Part shown: in pieces, positions 37,034-49,000 of the stretch
How positions within the stretch are numbered: the stretch's first letter is position 1
How the letters are laid out: each line of letters starts with the position of its first letter
NCBI RefSeq assembly: GCF_002571385.2
Contig: NW_019217790.1
Span: 1,313,998 to 1,377,997, forward strand
Source of the DNA: Stylophora pistillata
Taxonomy: Eukaryota
Length of the DNA stretch: 64,000 nucleotides
Direction: 5' to 3'
Notes under the pieces: generated by a model
The model's database searches: none
The model's input: only the letters and a program-made list of their open reading frames with translations
Told to the model about the DNA's origin: nothing
Translations under genes and position numbers: made by a program

Positions 37034-38194
37034 TCACCATCATTTGACTTGATCTGCCGTCACTACACATTGTTTACAGTCAGTAGACATCATTTACCTT
37101 CACTTGCTTCCTTGGACAGTGTCTTTTATGTCTATTCTTTCATCTTTCATCGTGTACTAAAAACTAATACACGTCATTAAGTTGAAGAAAGACTAATGAC
37201 AGGGAGGGAATTTCTAAGGATGGCAAAGAAAGTGACGGGAATAATGTCTATTGATGGGAATCATGCATCTAGGAGGGAGTGGTGTCTGAAGACAGGAGTG
37301 ATACCCTGGTCTGATGATGGGGAACGCTACAAATGACAAGGTAGTCTCCCTTGCAGCCCTTTCCGGCGTCGTCACGCAAGCGAAAACTCCCTCACCAACG
37401 GCTGCTCACATTCGAACAACATTCCTTTCCCATTGTAATGTGATACAATGAATATATGAAGTTCATATATTTTGAACTGCGGTACTAGATAAGTATGATG
37501 CACGATCCTCGTATAGCGCTCTCTACTACGAGGATCGTGCATCATACGTACAACTCAGATACAATGAAATATATGAAGTTCATATATTTTGAACTGCGGT
37601 ATTAGATACGTATGATGCAGTTCAAATACCGCAGTTCAAAATATATGAACTTCATATATTTCATTGTATCTGAGTTGTACGTATGATGCACGATCCTCGT
37701 AGTAGAGAGCGCTATACGAGGATCGTGCATCATACTTATCTAGTACCGCAGTTCAAAATATATGAACTTCATATATTCATTGTATCACATTACAATGGGA
37801 AAGGAATGTTGTTCGAATGTGAGCAGCCGTTGGTGAGGGAGTTTTCGCTTGCGTGACGACGCCGGAAAGGGCTGCAAGGGAGACTACCTTGTCATTTGTA
37901 GCGTTCCCCATCATCAGACCAGGGTATCACTCCTGTCTTCAGACACCACTCCCTCCTAGATGCATGATTCCCATCAATAGACATTATTCCCGTCACTTTC
38001 TTTGCCATCCTTAGAAATTCCCTCCCTGTCATTAGTCTTTCTTCAACTTAATGACGTGTATTAGTTTTTAGTACACGATGAAAGATGAAAGAATAGACAT
38101 AAAAGACACTGTCCAAGGAAGCAAGTGAAGGTAAATGATGTCTACTGACTGTAAACAATGTGTAGTGACGGCAGATCAAGTCAAATGATGGTGA
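37034..38194. repeat. Long inverted repeat (570-bp arms, 21-bp spacer) ending at an N-gap
   Basis: 37034-37603 is the reverse complement of 37625-38194; ORFs 36926+ and 38048- share an identical peptide. Confidence 0.9.
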
Positions 38195-38809
38195 NNNNNN
38201 NNNNNGTCTGACAAACAACCAATGAACACGCGATATTTTCATTCCCGCGAATTCACAGGAAGCGTGTTAGCGTTAGTTTCTAAAGATGGAATGCGATGTT
38301 ATCGAAACTCCGAAGAAAATATCAGATAATGATCGCTGTTTTGTTTGCTCTTCTGCTGTTTCTAAAATCTGTTTATTTGGGAGAAGTGCTTGGAATTTTC
38401 CTGAGATGATAAAGGCTTGTATCGATGTTGACCTCTACAGTTATTCGAACTCAAGAGAGCGACCAATTTGTCGCGAGTGCTTCAAGCTTCTAATAAAGTT
38501 CTTCTCTAAAGTTCTTCTATAATTACTGTTATGGCTTCTTTCTGATGCAAATTCAAGCTCTCAATACCAAAAGCATCTCACACTGAGTCGAAAGCGTCTT
38601 CAAGAGATGTCATTTTGTCAGTTTCAACGCTCAGATAATACGAACTCTGTGATTGGTTTGATTATTGAGGCGTGAACGCTTTCCAGAATATGGTAAGTAA
38701 ATGCTGATTGGCCAATTTCCGGAAAGGAATGTTGTTCGAATGTGAGCAGCCATTGGTGGGGGAGTATTCGCTTGCGTGACGACGCCGGAAAGGGCTGTAA
38801 GAGAGACTA
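37342..38809. mobile_element. Non-autonomous DNA transposon with ~90-bp TIRs, TAG..CTA ends and 9-bp TSD (AcademH-like), retaining a Cys-rich ORF fragment
   Basis: TAGTCTCCCTTGCAGCCCTTTCCGGCGTCGTCACGCAAGCGAA.. / ..TTCGCTTGCGTGACGACGCCGGAAAGGGCTGTAAGAGAGACTA; ATGACAAGG at 37333-37341 and 38810-38818; ORF 38286-38522 has CFVC...CREC. Confidence 0.8.
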
Positions 38810-40054
38810 ATGACAAGGCCGGAGAGAATAAAATCAAGGGACCGTAGTGAAGATGCTGCCGAGACCAAAACATTGCAGACTGCAAGTGGTCATACTACAT
38901 AGGACACCATTTAACGCGACACGATAAATTCCAAAATGAAAGTCAAAATGAAGATATAGGCATGTCGTTGTCTTGTTACGTTTTCTGCACAATACGCAAA
39001 GTCCCTGTTTGTTACTGTCAGGGGAAATGCCTCGGAAGTAGGCCAAAGGAAGCGTTTTCATCAAAACAAAAAAAAAAACAAAATCAAACCAAAAAAAAAA
39101 ATGCCGACGCCAACTATCAACTTCGCGCCAAAGGCTGCAAAGAATGATGAACTAGAAATCAAACGGTATCAATTCGATTAAGAAACATCTACAAGTACTA
39201 TTAGATTTTAAGCATTTTTTTTTCTTTTTGACCCCTTTATTGCAAAAAAAATTATCTTTAGTAAGTGCATACTGTAGAAAATAACTACACACGAAATCGC
39301 AGCTACTAAGATTAGCCCTAAAAGGCATATGAACGATTTAAGATGACAAAACGTTTCCATTAAATGGTTAGAAACCAGCCACTAACACCTAGTTTTGAAC
39401 GTCGTTCGACCAGTGAGCATGCAAGACAAGTTCTCCCTGACTTTTAAGTTTTGTATATGTACAAATGGTACAGCCTCTTCATCGCACAAAGTTACTACCT
39501 CATCGACGTTCTTTAAAAAATGCAAATGATCTCTTAATCGACCTTCTCGCAGCCGCTCGCCTTGCAAATGCGGGTGTAGTGAAATGTTCTAAAGAACATG
39601 TTTTTGATATTACTTTAGTACATCAGCGAGCCTACCTAATGATGTATGTTCTCAGTCTTTGCGATCTTTCGTTGTTTAAGCTTGAGTCCTCTTTCTTTGA
39701 GGGTTATAAAGATAAACTTGTGGCTCCTCTCTTGTTACACTTAATTTTCAGAAGAATTACTACCGAAAAAAGCCAAATTGCACTTAAAGATTGCCATGCG
39801 TGACAGCCGGCTTACGCGACCTCCTTAAGTACTTTTGTGTTCTTTTAATATCGAAAAAATTCCCTTAAATTACATCTAATTTATTAGTTCAAATTCCAGT
39901 CGAAGAAATATCAAGCACTACCTCGTCTTTCTTACATCCTATCGTAAACAATATTCTACTCCTTAGACACGTCGTCTCTATTCCTGCGATCATCGAAATT
40001 TTCACGGTCTTCTTCATCCATTTCGGTATCACCCATCTGATTTTCAGTTTCGTT

Positions 40055-43000
40055 TTAGTCTTCTACAAGTGGTTCTTCCTTGGTTAAGAGAGTCTTCTCT
40101 GTATCGCCTGCGGAATCAATCGCTTGATCATCAGCCGTTTCTTCGATAATCTCTTGATGTCCTTCCCCTGACTGATATTCACTTTCAAGTCCACCTCGCT
40201 TTGAGGAACCAAAGGTGACTGAAAATCCCGAGCTTGGACTCGATGTTTGGTTCGAACTACCAAAAGTGAAAAATGGTTTCGTATCACCCTCTTGACTTGA
40301 TACACCGAAGCCATACGTAAAGCTCCCGCCGGAGGATGAGGCGCCAGATCCAAATAGGAACGACGATTTGGCTTCCTTCTTTTGGCCTTGACTTGGTTCT
40401 GCTCCTGGTTTAATACTTCCACAAGCTGCACACGCTACTTTATCGCTGTCGTTGTTTACCATACAGACAGCACATTCCCACGATCCTTCAGCAGGTTTAA
40501 ACTTGGACACAAGATCTTCTTTGGCATCTATGGTCTTGGGTTCTATGTGTGGTTTCACTGGTGTCGGGTTCTTTAGCATTTCGAGACATTCTTCAAACTT
40601 CTCCTTGTACTGCTTGGCTGTCTCTTCTGATTTAAATCTCACAGCAAGTCGCTCAGCTCTACATTCCCCCTCTGAAAAGTCTGCCATTGTGCTCCACACC
40701 CACGATCTATCTGAACCTGCATTGGGCTGTAGTTTCATGTCAGCGGTTATCTGGTGATTTGCACATATTTTAAGCACCTGATCCCGCCGCATCAGAACTC
40801 TCATCTTTCCACTTTGTCTATTTTTCAAAAGCTTTATATCCCCAACTCCTCGCTCTTTCCACTGCTTGTACTCAGCAACAAAACGATATAGCTTGGCTCG
40901 GTGAGAAAAAATTACCTCATCATCCTCTTCACCAGTTTTGACATCAATCTTTTCGGGAAGAGGAATAATCGGCTCAAAATGTGGTCCATCGTGGTTATCA
41001 TCACCTGTTTCATCATCTTCGTCTGCATTTTTGGAGGCAAACAGTTGTGACCCAGCTCCTGAAAATCCACCTTTAATTTTCTGTTCAAAAGGACTGCTGC
41101 CCAGTGAAGAAGCAACAATGGATTGGAAGGTCTAACACGACACACTTGCAGAGCCGAAAAGAAAGCCTGTCTCGTTGGAGGTCGAGGTGGAACTTTCCTG
41201 AGGATTGGGATCACTTGTTGGTTGATCCGACTGCCTGTTAATTCAACATAGCAATGTGTTACGTGACTCCATCAATTTGAATATATGAAAATCATATATG
41301 TGTACTGCGGTTTCATGAGGTATGAAAGCGATCCTTGCAGTAATAAACCCTTCTTATGTAGTAGTGAAAATAAGGCCTCAAAAAAAATTAAGGCCCGTAC
41401 GGTAGTTGAACCCATTACTTCTGCGATACCGATGCAGTGCTCTACCAAGCAAACTAACAAGCCAACTTGGACTTGTTAGCTCAGTTGCTGGAGCACTGCT
41501 CCGGTATCGCAGTGGTCGTGGGTTCAACTACCGTACGGACCTGAATTTTTTCAGGCCTTATTTCCACTACTTCATAAGTAGGGTTTATTACTGCGACGAT
41601 CGCTTTCATGTTACGTGACGTTTAGACATATATACATCCACATAACTTGAAAAGATCGAGATATCGATTTCATATATGTATGTGCATTCCACTGCACCAA
41701 CGAAGGATTACCCACCTGGCGACCGTCTCCGACACATCAGAGCTGATTTCAGGCGACGAGTTTTCATATCCAAAGAAGTTACTTGGCAATTGAAGCCGTT
41801 TGGCTTTCTCCTTTTGATCAGCCGTCACTCCTTTCTCAAAGAATATCACAATATCTTCTCCAGGTTCCTCTGAGGCTCGTGTGTCAGGAGGTTTGCTTTC
41901 TGGTTTTGATGAAGACAGACCCTTCTCTGGTTTAGATACAAGCAACTGTGCAGCACTGTCGAAGGTTTCTTTGAATTTAGTAGCAACTTCACTTGTTCTA
42001 AACCTTGCAGCTAAAGTCTCTGCTGTGGCTTCTTCTTCCGAGAAGTCAGCAAGTGTTGTCCAGAGCCATGCCTTATCGGAGTTTGGAAAAGGCTTCAGGA
42101 TCATATCCGTAGAAATCACGTGGTTAGCACAGAGTTTCAAGACATGTTCACGCCTCATTAAAATCCTGTTTTTATTAGATTTCGAGTCACACAGTATCTT
42201 GATATCGCCAACACCTCTTTCTTTCCACTGCGATGTATCACCGTCATACCTGAACAATTTACAACGTTCACAGAAAAGCACCTCTTGACCTTCTTCTCCT
42301 GTTCGGCATTCCACCTTATCAGGAAGTGGTATTAGGGGCTCGAAATACGGACCATCATCTTCTCCACGGCCAGGACTCTCAGGAGATGACGGCGTCGTAG
42401 GTGATGATGGTGATTTAGGTTTGCGAGATGGTGACCCAGGTAAAACTGTCAAACTGAAGGTGAACTTCACAGGTGTTGTTCCACCAAACGGAAGACTACT
42501 GGGTAAGTTACTCTTTTCAGGTGTCGTTGCAGGCTTTTGCAGCAAGATACTTCCTTGCTTACTAGGAGAAGATGTCTTCCTTGGAGACAGGTAAATTTCA
42601 TCTTCTTTTTCTTCATTTGGATCTCCACGTCCAATAGTAAAGAGTTTCGAGCTAGCCAGTGCCAGGCCACCAGGTGATTGGATAGTGAATGAAGCTTGAG
42701 AAGGCTCCTTTATTACGTCCTGAGCAGTGTTTGCTGCTTCTGATTGAAGGACCCCAGCATTCGACACTGGTCCTGAAGATTTCAAATTTTCTTCCTTGGC
42801 TTTGGACATTGTTCCCTGAGGTTCTGTTGCAGTCTTACCAAAGTTACATGCAATGCATTGTAAATGTTCGGCATTGTTATCAACGTCACACACTTCACAT
42901 ATCCACGAACCTGGAGCAGGAGCAAACCTCGACAAAAATTGCTTATAAAGTGCACAACCAGTTCCTTGTTCATTACCAGCTGCCTCCTTTGCAGGGCTAG

Positions 43001-46000
43001 TTTCTAAGGGTAATGTCTCTTTGAGGTCATCAAATACTTCCTTGAACTTTCCAGCAATTTCTTCAGACTTAAACCTAATGGCGAGCCTCTCTGGTTTCGC
43101 CTCACCCTCGGTATAATCGGCTGGAGTGAACCACATCCAAGAACGATCTGATCCAACATTGGGTTTGAGTTCCATCCCAGCACTGATGTAATGATTGGCA
43201 CACAATTTTTTTATCTGCTCCCGTCTCATGAGCACTCTTCCTTGACCAGACTTTGGATGCTGTAAGAGCTTCATTTCTCCAAGCCCTCGTTCTTTCCATT
43301 GACTAGAATCACTGTCAAACCGGTATAGCTTGCCTCGCTCGCAAAACAGCACATCTAAACCTTCTTCACCTGTCACAACATGAATTTCATCTGGGAGAGC
43401 AATGATTGGCTCAAAGTGAAGTTTATCGTCATCTTGCCCTTCGACGTCTTCACTAGTCTCAGCAAATAACTCTTTACCAGCTCCTTGAAATGGTTTAAAG
43501 CTCTCTCTTTCCTGAGTCATGGAAAATGCATCGTCTTCTTTGGGCTTTAGAGATGAAAATGTCAGTTGACCAACCGCAGAGGACTCTCCAAACACATGTG
43601 AGGTGGGTATACTTAGTTTTGGCCTTAGATCACCATCTTTAGATCTGGGCTCAGTGCCCTTTGCTTCATTCTCGTTCTTTGATATCATAGGCTCTTTTGA
43701 TATCCCATAACCATAGCATCCACTGCAAGGTGAGTGTTTAGTATAATTGAAGAAATTTACCGGTAGACAAAGGCGACATGCTTTCTCGCGATCACCTATT
43801 GTGGCACGAACTTCATAAACGAGAACACAGTCTTCGTCTTGCTTTTTTGTTGCCTTAAGTGGACTCTTAGCTGTCAAAAAACGTCTCCCAGTCACGTGAG
43901 AAGGAAGAGTGGCAGGCCCAATGTTCTCTGATGGGACGGAATGAATCGGAACTGGTTTCACTGGGGTGGTTACCACATTTCCTTTACCAGATTGAAACTG
44001 TACCTGCACTTGAGATGGTTGCATGGCTGGCATTCTCGAGGGAGACTTATCTAATTCATCCTCTTCATCGTCGGTGGCAGAGTAACTTATGGTTTCATCG
44101 TCAGAATCTTCCGTGTCATCAATGTATTTAACATCATCATCATCATGATTATGGTCATATTCTTCTGCTACAAACGATGTAGGCACGGTTGTGCCATGCA
44201 AGGAAAACTCCTCTCCTGGCTCGTCAACAACATAAGGTGTAAAGTCATAGCCTCCGGCTGGGGAGTCTGGAGTAACTAATTCTTGCTGTTCTTTTGCAGC
44301 AGCAAGGCGTCGAAGTAACTCACTGCTAGAAAAGTCCATGTCGGGTCTGCTACTTAAAGTAAATGCCCCTTGCATCTGAGAATGTGTAAACGGTTGAGGG
44401 AACATTTCTGGCGTCTGTGGAGTACCCTTAAGTTGTGATTTGGCAGGATCCGAGAGCGGCCCTGTTCCCCGGTGCCACAAATTAGCTCCACCGAGAGGTG
44501 GAAGGGACTGAAGTTGACCAAACTGAAAGGTACCAGTGGGTTGTTGCCAAAACAATTTCTGCTCGGAAATTCCTAGATTGGTGGTGGGCGTACTAAATGA
44601 AAACGGAGGATAAGTTTGACCCTGCAAAGCATGCTCTAAAACATTTAGTGGCACTTGACTGTCCCCCTCATTTTTCTCGCCTAATTGAGGATCCGCCTGT
44701 TTATCGGATGCAGATAAATCTGGATCAAAAGATGGGGACTTCCCAGTATTAAAGGAACCAAATGGCACGCCGGGATCAGCCAGTTGTGGTGTCCCACCAA
44801 ACACAGACGTTTCGGTAGACAACAGAGTGTTTTCAAAGGCAGCTTTCTCTGTTGTCGACAAGGAAGGAAATGATGCTCCAGCCATGCCTGACGAGCCAAA
44901 AGTGAAGGCAGGGGAGTTTGATTTGTCTGCATTAGCAGGGACTCCAAAGGGCGCCAACACAAATGGTTGAGTCATTGGAGGCTTTGTCCCTGCTGGCAGA
45001 GTGGAGGATACACCACACACTTGAATTGGTACAGCTCCTTCTTCGGACTCAGATGCCTTGTTATGAGTTGTTCCGTCTGATGAAGTACCAAACACAAATG
45101 GCGAACTACTTGAACTTGTCTTCTCTATTCTGGTACCATTTTCTCTGAGTGAAAAGCTAATTGGCAAACTGCTCGAGGCTGTATTCAGCGTTTGCACGCC
45201 GCTCTTTCCAAAGTCAACTTGCGACCCGGTAGAACTAGTATGAATAATTTTGTTAGCATCTTTTCCTATTGAAAAACTAAAAGAGGAGCTGATTGAGGAA
45301 CCATCCGATGTTTCAAGACCACTATTCACAACGGCAAATGTTGTTCCTGCATCGACATTTGTAACTAAAGATGGGCCTTCAGATGAAGGTTTTCCTTGCA
45401 AACCAAGTGGTGGTGAACTACTTGGTGTTGCTCCACTCGAAAATTGAAAACCAGACTTGGAAGCCTCAGGGCGGGAGACAGCTGCATTTACTCCTGACAA
45501 CTTGGCAGCTCCACAGGCGATGCACACACTTGTATGTTCTTCATTGGAAATTAAACACACAGAGCATGACCAAGAGCCAGGTTTTGCAGCAAATTTACCC
45601 ATGAGGGCGGAAGTCTTCTTGTTTGTGGATTGTGCCGTTTTATGTACGTTAGAAGTATCTTTCTTTGGTAAATTTTGACAGTACTCAAACTTCTTCTTGA
45701 ACAATAGGAACTCATCTTGGGTTTTGAACCTCACTGCCAATTGCTCTTGCTTCTCAATCTCCTCTGAATTATCAGCAAAAGTATTCCAAATCCACGCATT
45801 GGTCGTGCCTTTCTTTTCTGTTAATTTCATATCATTTGTGATGAAGTGATTAGCACAAATCTTATGGATTGCCTCGCGTCTCATCAATATTCGACTACGT
45901 CCCTTCTCTGAGTTATACAGAATCTTTAATATGCCAATACCGCGCTCTTTCCAAGCAGATACATCTTTGTCATAGCGATACAGCTTGGCTCTGCTACTGA

Positions 46001-49000
46001 ACATGACCTCTTCATCTTCCTCTCCAGTTTGTACTTCAACTCGTTCAGGGAGGGGTATGAGTGGCTCAAAATGAACATCTTCAGTGTATGATGTAGAGGA
46101 ATCATGTCTTGACCTTCCAGGCGATACAGGTGAAGTCACAAGCTCCTCAGCCTGCTCTACTCGCTTTTCTGGGTTGTTGCTTGCGCTTAACCCAGCAAAG
46201 AAACTTGAATCAATTTTTAATGGTCCCTTGATCCGAGGCGAAGTAAGAGGTTTTCCGCTTTTCGTTGCAGACATATGCTTTGTACCAGCCGGCGTGGATT
46301 CGAACAAAGGTTTACTCTGATCTCTTGGACTTGGATAAAGTGAAGTGGCATCAGGAAATGAAAGATATCCATAACTTGACGCCTGTATTATGTTCAATTG
46401 TTTCTAAAGGAAAAAAAAATTGTGTATTTGATTTTCATAGCGCGTGACGAAGATAGTACGTTTAGATTTTACACTCCTTCCATCTTTATTTAAAAATACG
46501 TTTTATAAGGCAAGAATATTATCAACGACAAACTCAATAACGTGAGAGCTTTTTGCACTAACCTGCAAAAGTTGTATTTGCTCAGACATGCTGTTCATGG
46601 CCTCATCTCTAATGGCCATTTGTTCTTGCAGGTAGCCATTATTGAGAGTCACTTCACTCAGTTTAGCAATCAGATCTTTTGTGCTGGCGTCATGTGGCTA
46701 AAGAAAAATTGAGGGGAAAAAAGTCTCCCTTCAAATCAAAAAGTAAATAATAGAAACATTTGGAATAACCGAGTTTGCCTTGCAGTGCTGCAAATAGCCC
46801 ACAGCCTTAAAACCAGTTGCCCAGGGAATTCTTTAGAGGACTGTTTTACATGACTGTATATTATCATTTAAAAACCTCAGCAAAGTCATGGAAGAAGTCG
46901 TTGTCTGTTGGTCAAATGCAGGTCTGGTTCATGAAAACTCACCGTTCAGTTCTGCTATAATAAGTTCTCTTTGTTACTAAGCAAAGATTATTTTCTGTCT
47001 CCAGGACATTCAAGAGGGAAATATGAATCAAATCCATTTCATCTTCAAAGAAGAATGAAACTCTTACCTGATCCAACCAGAAATTGTCATCGGATTCTTG
47101 TACCTCTGATGCATTAGTTGAGCTACGCCGGCTTCCCGGATAAGACGAACTTTGATGACTGTCCAGACGTTGGCCTAAAAAAAAGGAAATTCGTCTGTGC
47201 TCTTTTTCAATGTACCTTTTTAAAGAAATACTCACTGTCACGGATAAGTATTGTTTTGAGACTATCCTACTGTGTTATGTCCAATGCTTTGCCCTAAATT
47301 TCCTGGATTGTAGCTTTCCTTGTAGCTAGCATGTAGTATTTTTCGGAAGACAATTTTATATTTTTATACTTTACAGAACTATCAAAAACTCTGTTCAGGT
47401 CACTATACATAGGATTTCCAATGAAGAATTTAGTATTTACATTAAACAATCCTTACTAGATTTTTAAAGTAAAATAAACAATCTGACGGTAAGACTTCCT
47501 CAAATGCGCTAGGGGCCTGGAAAGTAACAGAAAGAAGACAGGATAGGTGGGGGGACAAAATGTCCGTTAAGACCACGTGATACTGAGGAACGGGAGTGAA
47601 GGGTTCCATTTTTGCAAAATTGTGCCAGGCTACCTGATGCTGGCTTAGACTGTAAAACTCCGGTTTTCATCAAGCTCTCTATTTCTGTAAGCTCATCCAT
47701 GACAGCCTTTCGACCAATCTAGGGAGAGAGAATATCAATATTAACATTTCCAAATGAGTGGTAGTATCACCAATATTACTTATTTTGATCTTGTCCTGAA
47801 CGCAAGCTCTGTTTGAGGAAATACCATACAAAGGGTTTGTGGAGATCATCTTATTTAATTTATCGACTCAATTGACAAGTGACAATGAATCCCCAACTTG
47901 AAAACATGTCACCATTTATGTTATATCAAGTAAAACAAATAGGAAGTCCAGTAACTATGGCAGAGCATCGATGCGTGGAATCCGAACGTCTGAGGTTCGA
48001 TTACTAAAGGAAAATCAAATTTTTTCCGCTGCCTCACGCTTGTGAGAAGACGAAAAACATCACCCTTTCTGTCAAGTTATCACACACTTAAACTCTTAGA
48101 AAGTGACGAAAGTGGAAATCTAAATCGACAGTTTTTCCATAAGACACCGGTACATGGATGTGCACCTTTCAGTCTAAAATAAATAGTGTAATAATTGGTT
48201 CAAACATACATCAGAGGAATTAGCCATCTTTAGGTAAGACTGAAGTAATTCTCGTGCTTTTCGCAGATTTTGGTAATACTCCTGGGATGGTAGAGTGGAT
48301 TCCGCCTCGGATTCCTCAGTTGCTGCACACTGCTCAACATGTGCAAGGTATTTGTAACCCTAGAAACAAAACCAAATGACTTTGAAGTCAATAACAATCC
48401 AAAAACTACCCTTGAAGATAATGGCATGGAAGCAACGATTTCCATCTTTACCTCTATTGTATTTTAAAATATCTCATCCTATTTTACTACTTGGCCGTCA
48501 AACATTCCTTTTAAAGAACGTCGAAAAGAATTTGGATGTGCCAGTCAACATCATGGATGATCCTTTACGGGCCAGTCTAGTGATCTTCCTGAGAGGCACT
48601 GCTAGCACTTCTGCTGGCTATACAAATTGAAACGCACAAAACAGACTTCTCCTTGTCTCTCTTACCTGTGCAAGATTGTACAGCCCTGGAGGTGTTTTGA
48701 CCTGTTCAAAGAGTTCCATGGCTTCAAAGATCTTCCCTTCCTTCAAAAGGCCACCTCCTATTGCCAATCGCACAGACTGACACTGTGTCTTCAAATCATC
48801 TTCCTGTAGATAAAGTGACAGAAACTTTTAGCTGTAAGATAATCAAGCCACATGGAATGAATCATTTCCCTCCACTCACCTCTAGTTCATCAAACACATG
48901 AAGAAATAAGGGATTCCCACAATATGGTATGCTCTCATTCCTATGGAAAACAAGTAGCCATCGATCAACCACAAAATCAATTTGTCAGTCAAAGAAGGTA

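Noticed and set aside
39382-39803. ORFs downstream of RANBP2 as a possible cyclophilin exon
   Set aside because: No cyclophilin motifs in the frames examined.
40084-46447. Numerous short ORFs overlapping the large RANBP2 exons
   Set aside because: Shadow frames of long coding exons, with no independent motifs.
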